Positions 10,635 through 20,598 of a stretch of DNA of 64,000 nt are shown one piece after another. How positions within the stretch are numbered: position 1 is the first letter of the stretch; every line of letters starts with the position of its first letter. Both the position numbers and the translations under genes were made by a program. The stretch is from an uncultured Peptostreptococcaceae bacterium (GTDB lineage Bacteria > Bacillota > Clostridia > Peptostreptococcales > BM714): NCBI GenBank assembly GCA_964484935.1, contig CAZAFW010000004.1, forward strand, positions 1,911 to 65,910. The letters run 5' to 3'. The notes beneath the pieces were generated by a model. That model worked only from the letters and a program-made list of their open reading frames with translations. It did no database searches and was not told where the DNA came from.

Positions 10635-10661
10635 AACCGTTCTCCTCCCAGTATTTTTCCT

Positions 10662-10690
10662 AATTAAAAAAGCAGCCATAGGCTGCTTTC
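10662..10690 (-). terminator. Intrinsic terminator downstream of hup
   Basis: The minus strand reads AAAGCAGCC-TAT-GGCTGCTTTTTT. Confidence 0.75.
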
Positions 10691-10855
10691 AGAATGACGA
10701 AAAATCAAATTTCCCCGCAACCTTTAAAAATGTTTCCCGGCGCATTACCATGCCCCGGAATAACAATTGAAAAGCTCATTGAAACACGAGATTTCACCAT
10801 TCTGTATTTTTGAGACTTTGACAACAACCTCAAAGCGGTCACAGCCAGCTTGTTT

Positions 10856-11134
10856 CTATTTGTTTACCAAATCTTTAAGTGCTTTTCCTGCTTTGAATAC
10901 CGGAGCCTTTGATGCAGGAATTTCAATTACTTGTTCGGGATTTCTAGGATTTCTTCCCTGTCTTGCTTTTCTTTCTTTAACATCAAATGTTCCAAATCCA
11001 ACGAGTTGAACTTTTTCCCCGGCCAGCAATGATTCCTCTATACTTGTAACAAAAGAGTTCAAGACCATCTCGGTATCTTTCTTGGTAAGCCCGGCTTTTT
11101 CGGCCATGCTCGCAATCAATTCAGCTTTATTCAT
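10856..11134 (-). CDS. hup: DNA-binding protein HU
   Basis: The sequence MNKAELIASMAEKAGLTKKD...GFGTF...RKARQGRNPRNPE is canonical HU. The start is the internal ATG at 11134, 8 nt after GGAGGG. Confidence 0.95.
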   Translation of the reverse strand: MNKAELIASMAEKAGLTKKDTEMVLNSFVTSIEESLLAGEKVQLVGFGTFDVKERKARQGRNPRNPEQVIEIPASKAPVFKAGKALKDLVNK

Positions 11135-11228
11135 AATTAATTCCCTCCTGTGATATAATTGTGATTCGTTTATTCTTATTCTATGCGAATGTTCCATTTC
11201 CTTTTTTTATTGCTCTTTTTTTTGAAAA

Positions 11229-12719
11229 TCAGCCGTTTTTTAATGTTTTCGCCTCTTCCCACAACAAATCCATCTCTTCAAGGCTCATTTTCTTCATATC
11301 CATTCCTTTTTCAATGGATTTGTTTTCGATGTGGCTGAATCGTTCGACGAACTTGTCGACGGTCGAATTCAATGCCTCTTCAGGATCGATCTTGAGGAAT
11401 CTTGCAACATTCACGACTGCAAAAATCAAGTCTCCTATTTCTTCCTTGGCGCGTCTTGCCGACAAAACCGGTTCGTTAAGAACTCCAATAAGCTCGTCCG
11501 TCTCTTCTCTTATTTTATCGAATGCAGGACCAACATCATCCCAATCGAAGCCCACCTTTGCGGCTTTCTTTTGTATCTTCACGCTTTTCATAAGAGCCGG
11601 CAATGATCCCGGAACTCTTTTCATTGATTCAGAATGGGTCTTTTCCGATTTTTCTTCCCTTTTGATTTCCTCCCACTTGTCTTTCACTTTGCTCGCTGTA
11701 TAAATTTCTTCATCGCCGAATACATGCGGATGGCGCCTAATCAGCTTTGTGCAGATCCCTTCTATGACATCGCCAACGTCGAAAATCCCTTTCTCTTCGG
11801 CCATTCTGCTGTGGAAAACAATCTGCAAAAGAACGTCTCCGAGCTCTTCGGTCATCAATGCGTAGTCGTTTTTATCAATCGCGTCCACCACTTCATATGC
11901 TTCTTCTATCATGCAGTTTCTAATGCTTTCATGTGTCTGCTTCCGGTCCCAGGGGCACCCGCCTTCTCCCCTCAATCGGACCATTATATCAAGCAAGTCG
12001 AAAAAATCATGTTTTCCTTTTTTTTCACTTGCAAGAGACGGCACATAGACACTTGTAAGGTGGTCGAGATAATCCAGATGGTCAAGTTCGTATACCGGTA
12101 TTTCTTCAATTCGCTCCATTTCGTCTATACCGGCTGCCCTTACAACCAGAATCAAATGTTCGTCGCCAAACAGCTCCGAAAGCGCAAGCTTGACCTCTGA
12201 GGCTGTATAACGATTGTAAACCTGGGTTATCAGAGTGTCAATCCTGGTGTCCGCAAGCTGGTCCCGTATTTGAAGGCCATCAACTATTCTAACTCCCATA
12301 ACCGGGTCTTTCCTTACCGCCGCAAGAACCGCGTCCACAAAACTTGCTGCCGGAATAAAATCCAAATCGAACAAGCCGCTCTTCGACTTTTCAATCAGGA
12401 TCTGCACAGTCTTTTCCGCAACAAAGGGACTCCCGGGGACTGCATAAACCAGATCCCCATTTTCTGACTCATTAATCAAATCATCCACTATATTCTCATA
12501 CACCGAATCAAATGTATCATGCCTTTCGTAATAGTCGTCAAACGTGTTGAAACTCAATCCTTTTTCTTTGAGCCAATCCACAGTGGGATGTTTTTCTGTT
12601 CTGAAGAAAAGCCTTTCCCTTGCGGTTTTATTGATTTTTTCATATGCATTGAAAGACAGATAATCCACGCTTCCCGGTCCAAGTCCAACAACTGCTATTT
12701 TATTCTTCATGAATGCCAC
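11229..12719 (-). CDS. mazG: YabN-type fusion of a tetrapyrrole-methylase-like domain and MazG NTP pyrophosphohydrolase
   Basis: 496 aa. The N-terminus (KIAVVGLGPG) matches the TP-methylase fold. The C-terminal half holds tandem MazG domains (EEAYEVVDAI, ELGDVLLQIV, EIGDLIFAVVN). Confidence 0.9.
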   Translation of the reverse strand: MAFMKNKIAVVGLGPGSVDYLSFNAYEKINKTARERLFFRTEKHPTVDWLKEKGLSFNTFDDYYERHDTFDSVYENIVDDLINESENGDLVYAVPGSPFVAEKTVQILIEKSKSGLFDLDFIPAASFVDAVLAAVRKDPVMGVRIVDGLQIRDQLADTRIDTLITQVYNRYTASEVKLALSELFGDEHLILVVRAAGIDEMERIEEIPVYELDHLDYLDHLTSVYVPSLASEKKGKHDFFDLLDIMVRLRGEGGCPWDRKQTHESIRNCMIEEAYEVVDAIDKNDYALMTEELGDVLLQIVFHSRMAEEKGIFDVGDVIEGICTKLIRRHPHVFGDEEIYTASKVKDKWEEIKREEKSEKTHSESMKRVPGSLPALMKSVKIQKKAAKVGFDWDDVGPAFDKIREETDELIGVLNEPVLSARRAKEEIGDLIFAVVNVARFLKIDPEEALNSTVDKFVERFSHIENKSIEKGMDMKKMSLEEMDLLWEEAKTLKNG

Positions 12720-14320
12720 TTCCCTATTTTCATTTTATTTAATATTTCATAAATTCTCTTGCCTTTGGGAACAAGCTCAAAGTCTTTCGATGTAACAGCT
12801 CCCGTATTAATAAGCATCCAACCGTAAACAAATACTCCGGCAGATATTGATGCCACCGTCGAAACCCCTCCTCCCAGCAAGGGAGTCAATGCCCCGTGTC
12901 CCCAAAACGCCACAGCCCCCATTACCGCAGCTGAAACAAGCGGCTTTACGGAAAGCTTAAAAACCTGAAGATCCATTTTGAGATTTCTTTTGATGTATAG
13001 GACGTTTAGAGTTGCGGCAAGTGCATATCCGAAAACGGTTCCAATTGCCGCGCCTCTTACATTCAAGACCGGAATTCCCACAAGTACATATGTCAAGACT
13101 ATTTTGAGCAGCGCCCCGGCAGCCAAATTCCATACCGGCACAATAGGCCTTCCCATGCCTTGGAGAATTCCTGTAAGAGTCTGAAACATGGATAGAAAAA
13201 TGATTCCAAATCCAAGCACCGAAAGAATTGCGCTTGCGCTTACGGCGCTCTCGATTTTAAAGGGATACAGGAGCCGCATTATCGGCTCTGCGAGCACCAC
13301 CAATCCAAACGCCGCCGGAAGGGCTATTATGAGCGTCGCCCTAGCACCGGATTTTACTGTTTCTCCCAACATACCGTAGTCTTTTTTTGCAATCATATGC
13401 GATACTGCCGGAACAAGGCTTATCTGTATCGCTGCCGTCACTATCTGCGGAAGATTCATGAGAGGTGTTGCCATACCGGCCAGCTGGCCGTATAGACCGT
13501 TCGCAGACGCCTCACTGTATCCTATTTCTTGCAATCTTCTTAGCACTATTCCTACATCTATTGAATTCATAACCGGCAACACCGATGCGCCAATGGTTAT
13601 CGGCACGGCTATCAAAAGGAGGGCTTTCACTATTTCATTGATTTTTTCAGGATTTTCGGGCCTTTTGATAGCCGTGCCGGCCTTGTGCCTGAAATAAATT
13701 GCAGCCATCGCCAATGCGCTTATAAGAGCCCCTGCTCCGGCGCCAAAAGTTGCTCCGGCAGCTGATATTTCAAGCCCTCTTCCAAGAAGGACATATGCAA
13801 GCGCCAGTCCTACTGCCACTCTTACCAATTGTTCTATTATCTGTGAAACAGCTGTTGGTCTCATATCCCTGAGTCCCTGAAAGTATCCTCTAAAGGATGA
13901 CATCAATGGCACAAAAAGTAGAGCCGGAGCTATTGCAATAATAGAATAATAAGCCTTTGGATTTTTAATCGCTTCCGAATAATATCTTGCTCCGAAAAAA
14001 AGAATCGACGATGTGAAAATTCCCAAGCCTGCGAGTATAAAAAAGGAAACCTTGAAAATACGATCCGCCCCGTAGAGATCACCTTTTGCCCTTCTTTCGG
14101 AAACCAATTTGGCTATCGCCGTAGGAAAACCTGCCGTCGAGGCAACAACAAGAATCAAGTATATGGGATAGGCGCTTTGATAATACCCCATGCCTTCATC
14201 CCCAATGATGTTGCCGAGCGGTATCCTGAAAAAAGCCCCTATTATTTTTATTAAGATTCCTGCGGCTCCAAGAATCGCCGCCCCTTTAAGGAACGAATTG
14301 TCTTTACCCTTTTCAGTCAT
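12707..14320 (-). CDS. MOP-superfamily polysaccharide/lipid II flippase (YabM/SpoVB/MurJ-like)
   Basis: 537 aa and polytopic (about 14 TM segments). It begins with the typical KGAAILGAAGILIKIIGAFFRIPL and sits in the conserved position upstream of yabN. Confidence 0.8.
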   Translation of the reverse strand: MTEKGKDNSFLKGAAILGAAGILIKIIGAFFRIPLGNIIGDEGMGYYQSAYPIYLILVVASTAGFPTAIAKLVSERRAKGDLYGADRIFKVSFFILAGLGIFTSSILFFGARYYSEAIKNPKAYYSIIAIAPALLFVPLMSSFRGYFQGLRDMRPTAVSQIIEQLVRVAVGLALAYVLLGRGLEISAAGATFGAGAGALISALAMAAIYFRHKAGTAIKRPENPEKINEIVKALLLIAVPITIGASVLPVMNSIDVGIVLRRLQEIGYSEASANGLYGQLAGMATPLMNLPQIVTAAIQISLVPAVSHMIAKKDYGMLGETVKSGARATLIIALPAAFGLVVLAEPIMRLLYPFKIESAVSASAILSVLGFGIIFLSMFQTLTGILQGMGRPIVPVWNLAAGALLKIVLTYVLVGIPVLNVRGAAIGTVFGYALAATLNVLYIKRNLKMDLQVFKLSVKPLVSAAVMGAVAFWGHGALTPLLGGGVSTVASISAGVFVYGWMLINTGAVTSKDFELVPKGKRIYEILNKMKIGKWHS

Positions 14321-14393
14321 GATTCCTCCAGTCGTTTAGCGAACAAAGCTTCGACAAATCCATTATACTCAAAACACTCAGTCCAATCAACAT

Positions 14394-14420
14394 TGCAAAA
14401 GGCCCGATAACGGGCCTTTG
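14394..14420 (-). terminator. Intrinsic terminator after the prsA-like gene
   Basis: The minus strand reads AAAGGCCCG-TTAT-CGGGCCTTTTG. Confidence 0.6.
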
Positions 14421-14467
14421 GGTCTGTATATGTTTTAATCTTTTTCAAGTATATAATCCTAATGACT

Positions 14468-15451
14468 CTACTCTATGTTTTCCGCATACCTCTTAATTTC
14501 CGCCGCTTCCACCAGAACGTCTATCTCTTCGACTATCTTGGTCTCCATGAGATTGTTCCTTATTGCCTCTTTCTCCATTTCGAGTTCTTCTTCGCTCATT
14601 TCGCTTTTAAGGTCTGAAAGAGTTTTTCTGTCCTCAACTTTTATTAGATGGTATCCGTAATCGGATTTTACGGGATCCCCTACAACTCCTAGCGGCAATG
14701 AAAAAGCGGCTTTCTCAAATTCAGGAACCATTGCCCCTCTCGCAAAATAGCCAAGGTCTCCTCCGTTTGCGGCTGAATAGGTGTCAATTGAATACTCCTT
14801 GGCCAGTTCTTCGAATTCGGATCCTTCGACCAATTTTGCCTGAACTTCCTCAAGTGCTTCTTCCGTTTCAACCAATATGTGGCTGGCTCTTACATTGACA
14901 ACGTATTCATCGTATATCTCTTCGAGCCGCATTTGATCAATCCCGAGTTTTTCCAGCGTCTGCTGCTTGAATATGGAAAGATATTCCTCCATCTCAAGCT
15001 GCTTCTTGATGAAATCTTCACCTATTTCATTTTCTTCATAAAAAGCCTTCATTTCCTCGCTGTTTTCAAGTTCTTTCTCAAACTCGCCGTATGTCTTGTC
15101 GATTCCATCGACATCGAGTTCTGTGTTCTGCTCGACCATATGCTGGCGAATCAGTTCCTCTGTGATCATTTTTTCCATTATCTGCTCTTTTGCTATTTGT
15201 GTTATGGTTTTACCCTGTATTTCCTGGGACCATATCTGTTCTCCGTAAAGCTGGGTATAGTTCTTTTCAAAAATAGTAAAATTCTTGTTGAATTCGTCAA
15301 GTGAAATCTCTTGTCCGTTAACCTCGGCTATCAATGAACTTTCAACCGTTTCTTCATCCTCGCTGCCGCAACCGGCAAATAACGCCGCAATTATAACAAT
15401 CATAAGGACCAATACTGCTACTGTTTTGTTTTTATTCATCAAAGTCTCCAT
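14468..15451 (-). CDS. prsA: Parvulin-type peptidyl-prolyl isomerase lipoprotein (PrsA/SurA-N-like)
   Basis: It has a lipobox LFAGC and the PPIC-type domain ASHILV...GGDLGYF...SDYGYHLIKV. Confidence 0.85.
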   Translation of the reverse strand: METLMNKNKTVAVLVLMIVIIAALFAGCGSEDEETVESSLIAEVNGQEISLDEFNKNFTIFEKNYTQLYGEQIWSQEIQGKTITQIAKEQIMEKMITEELIRQHMVEQNTELDVDGIDKTYGEFEKELENSEEMKAFYEENEIGEDFIKKQLEMEEYLSIFKQQTLEKLGIDQMRLEEIYDEYVVNVRASHILVETEEALEEVQAKLVEGSEFEELAKEYSIDTYSAANGGDLGYFARGAMVPEFEKAAFSLPLGVVGDPVKSDYGYHLIKVEDRKTLSDLKSEMSEEELEMEKEAIRNNLMETKIVEEIDVLVEAAEIKRYAENIE

Positions 15452-15482
15452 CTCCCTCTTGTAATCACATTTATAACTTACA

Positions 15483-18400
15483 TTATAGCTTAATCGACCG
15501 GTCTTTGAAACTGTTTATTTCTTCCATAAATAAAATTGCCTCCTTGAGTTTCTTCTCCGAACTCATTTTCACACCCTTGAATCTGTACATTATGCTAGGA
15601 GTCTCTCCCGCGTGAATATGCACATTAGATCTATATATGTCAAGTATTTTAGCTGCGGCTTCAGGACCGAAGGCTTTCCCCTTTTGCATTTCAAAACGAT
15701 AAAAATCACCGTACTCTCTTATTTCAGATATGCCGAACTTGCCCGATAGGGCCTTAAGGTAGGCAACATCTAGCAAATTGTATACCTCTTTTGGCGGAGT
15801 GCCGAACCGGTCTTCGATTTCTTCCTGTATTTCATGATAGTCTTTTTTATTTTCTATAGATGAAATGCGTTTGTATGCCTCTAGTTTCAATATTTCATTT
15901 TCTACATATTCATCAGGGATATATGCGCCTATTTTTATCTCTATAGACGTATCAACAGCGACTTCGTATTTGCCGCCTTTTATTTTAAGGACTGCTTCTT
16001 CCATCATCTTGACATATAAATCGTAGCCCACCGATTCCATTTGTCCATGCTGCTGCGGTCCAAGCAAATTCCCTGTGCCCCTTATTTCCAAATCCCTCAT
16101 AGCGATCTTGAATCCTGACCCGAGTTCAGTGAATTCCTTTATTGCTTTCAACCTTTCTTCCGCAACCGAGCTTACAATCTTGTTTTTTTCATACATCAGA
16201 TACGCTCTGGCGACACGGTTGCTTCTTCCAACCCTACCCCTGAGCTGATACAACTGCGACAGTCCCATATGGTCCGAATCATCTATCAGTATTGTGTTAA
16301 CATTGGGAATGTCGAGTCCCGTTTCAATTATTGTTGTGCAAACGAGCACGTCTATTTCGCCGTTGAGAAAGTCCACCATTATGTCCTCAAGCTTTCGCTC
16401 GTTCATTTGCCCATGGGCATATGCAACTTTTGCATATGGAGCAAGATTGGAAATCTTCTTTGCCACCCTGTCTATGTCTTTTATTCTGTTGTGCACAAAA
16501 TAGGCTTGCCCTCCGCGGGATATTTCCTTGAGCAGAGCTTCCCTTATTATTCCGTCGTCCCTTCCAACAACAAAAGTTTCGACCGGATATCTTTCATCGG
16601 GAGGGTCTTCAATAACACTTATGTCCCTTATTCCGACGAGCGACATATGAAGAGTCCTTGGAATCGGTGTTGCTGAAAGGGAAAGAACGTCTATTCCATT
16701 TCTCAGTTCCTTCAGTTTTTCCTTGTGCTTTACTCCAAAACGCTGTTCCTCGTCAATTATCAAAAGTCCCAGGTCCTTGAATTTTATGTCATTGGACAAA
16801 AGCCTGTGGGTTCCTATTATCAAATCCACTCCGCCTCTTCTAATGTCGTCGAGTATCCTTTTCTGCTTGGTCTTGCTTCTAAAGCGACTGAGCATTTCCA
16901 CGGAAACGGGAAAAGGATTCATTCTCTTTTGCGCAGTGTTGTAATGCTGCTGGGCCAAAATTGTTGTCGGAACAAGTATGGCAACCTGTTTTCCGTCGTT
17001 TATGGCCTTGAATGCCGCCCTGAGCGCAACCTCCGTCTTCCCGTATCCGACATCCCCGCACAAAAGCCTGTCCATTGGCTTGGGTCTTCCCATGTCTTTC
17101 TTTATTTCATCGATTACTTTTATCTGGTCCGGAGTTTCATCGTATTCAAACAAATCCTCGAATTCTCTTTGCCAGTTCGAATCCGGCATAAATGCATGTC
17201 CGGATGCCGTTTTCCTCTTCGCATAAAGATCCAGGAGTCCTTCTGTCAAATCTTCTATTGATTTTCTTGCACGCTGTTTTGTCTTTTGCCATTCCGTTCC
17301 ACCAAGACCGTTGAGTTTAGGATTTGCATTGTTTGACCCCAGATACTTTTGTATCAGGCCCATCTGGTTCACGGGAACATACAAAAAATCGCCTTTTTTA
17401 TATGCAAGCTGCAGATAGTCTTTCTTTATTTCTTCAACTTCCAGCTGTTTCATCGCTATGAATTGTCCTATGCCATGATTCTCATGCACGACATAGTCTC
17501 CGGGTTTCAAATCAGTAAAACTCGTTATTGCTCTTTTCTTTGATTTCGATGAAATCCTTTTGTGCTTTTTTTCAACTCCGAAGACATCCATTTCAGAAAG
17601 AACATTGATCTTTCCGTTTCCGTAAACAAAACCTTTTGAAAGATGTTTTTTTGAAACAGCGATTGTTGAAGATTCCAGAGTCATTATTTCATCTTCTGAT
17701 TCGCAGGCTTCCAGTCCCCTGTTGAACAGTTCCGAACGCAACCTTGCGGATTTGCCTTTGCCTCCGGCAAAAACAAGAGTTTTGTATCCCTTGGATTTTG
17801 CATCGGAGAGTTCAACAGTCACCGCGTCCAGCCGTCCCTTGAATCCCGTATGCGGTTTTACAGAAAACTCCATTGTTTCCGATATATCATTTCGGCTTGC
17901 TATTGCCTTGTCCATGTAAAGACATTTCCGCCTGAGACCTTTATGGTTGTAGTCTCTTACCAATGCATACTGTCCCGGCAATACGCTGGTTTTGTCAAGA
18001 TGCAATTTGAACCTTTCAAGAAAATCATTTTTATAGGTCTTGGCTCTTTGGCTTATTCTCTTTTCGTCCATCATGACAAAAGCCGATCCATCTTTAAAAT
18101 ATCCCTGCAAATCACTATTTGGCATATAACAGCTTAAATTGAAAATATCACCCGGAAATATTCCGTTTTTCAATCCCTCGATTATTTCTCCATACTTTTC
18201 GCGCAAGTCCTCAGAAGAATTTTCATCAAAAGAATCCATTTCTCTTTCAATTTTCGAAATGGCTTGATTTATGGATTCTTTGCCGCCTGCAAATTCCCGA
18301 GCCGGAAACAAAACCGCTTCCTTCTTCTTCTCGATTGAAACCTGTGACAAAACATCAAAAACGCGTATTGAGTCAACCTCTTCATCAAAAAATTCCAGTC

Positions 18401-18956
18401 TGTAGGGTTTCTCGTTTTGCGGGGAAAATATGTCCAGTATTCCCCCTCGTCTGCTGAACTGTCCCTTATTTCTTATCTGGTCTACAGATTCATAGCCTGA
18501 CTTTGTCAGAAACTCAGTCAGCTTGTCCATCGGATATCGCCCGCCCCATTCGATTGTCTTTATGCCGCTTGCATAATCCTTCGGTTCCCTGAAAGGAATA
18601 AGCAAATTGTCTACTGCGGATGTCACAAAAAGGGGCCTTCCGCTAACAACATGACCCAATACCCTTGCCCTTTCAGACTCGGCATCCCTACTGTGGGCAT
18701 AAGACTCGTAAAAGTTTATTTCCCTTCCGGGCAAAAAAAACACCGGCTTGCCGCTGAAAGCGCCTATGTCTTCAGCCATCTTCTTAGCCTGTGTTTCAGT
18801 TTCCGTTATGACAAGTATTTGCCTTTCACCTGAATTGGACAACAGAAAAGCCGCAAATGACTCTGTGATTCCTGTGCAGGCAAAATCTCCATTTCCCGTT
18901 TCAAACCATTCTTTGATTCTGTTTATCTTACTATCTCTGCCGGCTCTCGCTGCCAT
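15483..18956 (-). CDS. mfd: Transcription-repair coupling factor
   Basis: 1157 aa with the helicase motifs GDVGYGKTEVA and DEEQRFG, a TRG motif region, and a CarD-like domain (GDYVVHENHGIG). The ATG at 18956 lies 5 nt after GGAGGAG. Confidence 0.97.
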   Translation of the reverse strand: MAARAGRDSKINRIKEWFETGNGDFACTGITESFAAFLLSNSGERQILVITETETQAKKMAEDIGAFSGKPVFFLPGREINFYESYAHSRDAESERARVLGHVVSGRPLFVTSAVDNLLIPFREPKDYASGIKTIEWGGRYPMDKLTEFLTKSGYESVDQIRNKGQFSRRGGILDIFSPQNEKPYRLEFFDEEVDSIRVFDVLSQVSIEKKKEAVLFPAREFAGGKESINQAISKIEREMDSFDENSSEDLREKYGEIIEGLKNGIFPGDIFNLSCYMPNSDLQGYFKDGSAFVMMDEKRISQRAKTYKNDFLERFKLHLDKTSVLPGQYALVRDYNHKGLRRKCLYMDKAIASRNDISETMEFSVKPHTGFKGRLDAVTVELSDAKSKGYKTLVFAGGKGKSARLRSELFNRGLEACESEDEIMTLESSTIAVSKKHLSKGFVYGNGKINVLSEMDVFGVEKKHKRISSKSKKRAITSFTDLKPGDYVVHENHGIGQFIAMKQLEVEEIKKDYLQLAYKKGDFLYVPVNQMGLIQKYLGSNNANPKLNGLGGTEWQKTKQRARKSIEDLTEGLLDLYAKRKTASGHAFMPDSNWQREFEDLFEYDETPDQIKVIDEIKKDMGRPKPMDRLLCGDVGYGKTEVALRAAFKAINDGKQVAILVPTTILAQQHYNTAQKRMNPFPVSVEMLSRFRSKTKQKRILDDIRRGGVDLIIGTHRLLSNDIKFKDLGLLIIDEEQRFGVKHKEKLKELRNGIDVLSLSATPIPRTLHMSLVGIRDISVIEDPPDERYPVETFVVGRDDGIIREALLKEISRGGQAYFVHNRIKDIDRVAKKISNLAPYAKVAYAHGQMNERKLEDIMVDFLNGEIDVLVCTTIIETGLDIPNVNTILIDDSDHMGLSQLYQLRGRVGRSNRVARAYLMYEKNKIVSSVAEERLKAIKEFTELGSGFKIAMRDLEIRGTGNLLGPQQHGQMESVGYDLYVKMMEEAVLKIKGGKYEVAVDTSIEIKIGAYIPDEYVENEILKLEAYKRISSIENKKDYHEIQEEIEDRFGTPPKEVYNLLDVAYLKALSGKFGISEIREYGDFYRFEMQKGKAFGPEAAAKILDIYRSNVHIHAGETPSIMYRFKGVKMSSEKKLKEAILFMEEINSFKDRSIKL

Positions 18957-19536
18957 CTTCTCCTCCAGGTTCGCAACTCATAGCGTTGTACTTGTTCATT
19001 GCCTTGTCTATGCCTTCGGATACAATCGTTTCAAGCGCTTCCGAAGCCCATGACAAAGTCTTTTGTATTGATTCTATTTCATTTTCATCGAAACCGCCCA
19101 ATACATGTCCAATAAGATTCTTGTTCCCGGATGATCCTATCCCTATCCTTATTCTCGGAAATTCATCGGTCATCAGATTGTATATTATATCCTTCACACC
19201 GTTGTGGCTTCCCGCACTGCCTTTTTTTCTTATTCTTATCTTGCCCAAAGGCGTATCTATGTCGTCATAAACAACGATAAGCCTGTCAATTTCGATTTTA
19301 TAAAAGTCAGCTATTTCCCTGACGCTCCGGCCGCTCAGATTCATGAACGTCTGTGGTTTCAACAGAAGGACTTTTTCACCTTTCAGTTTTCCTTCTCCAA
19401 AAAGTCCCTTGAATTTTATTTTATTTATCTTGATTCCGTGTTTTTCGGCAAAATGGTCCAACACTTCGAATCCTGCATTATGCCTGGTTCCTGCATATTT
19501 CTTACCTGGATTCCCCAATCCTACGATTATGTGCAT
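18931..19536 (-). CDS. pth: Peptidyl-tRNA hydrolase
   Basis: MHIIVGLGNPGKKYAGTRHNAGF is canonical Pth. The 3' end overlaps the mfd start by 26 nt. Confidence 0.95.
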   Translation of the reverse strand: MHIIVGLGNPGKKYAGTRHNAGFEVLDHFAEKHGIKINKIKFKGLFGEGKLKGEKVLLLKPQTFMNLSGRSVREIADFYKIEIDRLIVVYDDIDTPLGKIRIRKKGSAGSHNGVKDIIYNLMTDEFPRIRIGIGSSGNKNLIGHVLGGFDENEIESIQKTLSWASEALETIVSEGIDKAMNKYNAMSCEPGGEDGSESRQR

Positions 19537-19581
19537 TTGAAAAGCACCCCTTTTATATATATGAATATTAAATGGTTTTGC

Positions 19582-19613
19582 AACAAAAGCTCCCTGCCTT
19601 GGGAGCTTTTGTT
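19582..19613 (-). terminator. Hairpin/terminator between prs and pth
   Basis: The minus strand reads AACAAAAGCTCCC-AAGGCA-GGGAGCTTTTGTT. Confidence 0.55.
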
Positions 19614-19620
19614 CTTTATC

Positions 19621-20571
19621 CTAAACGAAAAGTTTGCTTACCGATTCATTCTTGTATACGCGTTTCATTACCTCCGCAAAAAGAGGAGCCGCTGAAAGGA
19701 CAGTCATTTTGTCCAAAATTTTTTCTTCTTCCAAATGAATTGTGTCCAATACAACCAATTCCTTTATGACCGAATTCTCAAGCCTTTCCAAAGCGGGGCC
19801 TGAAAGAACAGGATGGGTGCAGCATGCGTAAACTTCCTTTGCCCCAAGGTCTTTTAGGGCTTTTGCTCCCTGTGTGATTGTCCCTGCCGTATCTATCATG
19901 TCGTCTATAAGGATTACATTCTTGCCGTCTATATCCCCTATTATGTTCATTATTTCCGAAACATTGGCCTTTGGACGTCTCTTGTCTATTATAGCAATGG
20001 AAGAGTCCAGGCGGTCCGCAAATTTCCTCGCTCTTGCAACACTTCCCAAGTCCGGAGATACCACGACCAAATCCTCAATTTTCTTGTTGTTGAAATACTC
20101 CGACAGAATAGGAATACCCATAAGATGATCCACCGGAATATTAAAATATCCCTGTATCTGTGCGGCATGCAAGTCCATCGACAAAACTCTGTCAGCTCCC
20201 GCTTTTTCAAGCAAATCCGCCACAAGCTTTGCCGAGATTGGATCTCTTGCTTTCGCCTTTCGGTCCTGCCGGGCGTAGCCGTAATAAGGAATTACAGCTG
20301 AAATGCTTTTTGCCGAGGCTCTCTTGCATGCATCGATCATTATCAAAAGTTCCATCAAATATCGATTCACCAAAGGAGGGCTGACTGACTGTATTAAGTA
20401 TACATCCTTGCCTCTTACTGACTCATTGAAATTCACAGTTATTTCTCCGTCGCTGAAAGATCCCACTTTGGCATCCCCCAATGGCATATTAAGCTCTTTG
20501 CAGATTTTTTCAGCCAACTTTCGATTTGAATTGCCCGAAAAAATCTTTACAGTGTTGCTTGCCTCTTGCAT
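19621..20571 (-). CDS. prs: Ribose-phosphate pyrophosphokinase
   Basis: 316 aa with the PRPP-binding loop [13 protein letters not shown] and the motif YARQDRK. Confidence 0.96.
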   Translation of the reverse strand: MQEASNTVKIFSGNSNRKLAEKICKELNMPLGDAKVGSFSDGEITVNFNESVRGKDVYLIQSVSPPLVNRYLMELLIMIDACKRASAKSISAVIPYYGYARQDRKAKARDPISAKLVADLLEKAGADRVLSMDLHAAQIQGYFNIPVDHLMGIPILSEYFNNKKIEDLVVVSPDLGSVARARKFADRLDSSIAIIDKRRPKANVSEIMNIIGDIDGKNVILIDDMIDTAGTITQGAKALKDLGAKEVYACCTHPVLSGPALERLENSVIKELVVLDTIHLEEEKILDKMTVLSAAPLFAEVMKRVYKNESVSKLFV

Positions 20572-20598
20572 TTAAAGAAACCCTCCTCTAGATTGTGC

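Noticed and set aside
10635-10679. The longer YabO ORF starting at the ATG at 10679
   Set aside because: That ATG lies inside the hup terminator hairpin (10662..10690) and has no RBS. The TTG at 10634 has GGAGGAG upstream and gives the canonical (M)RIDKFLK N-terminus.
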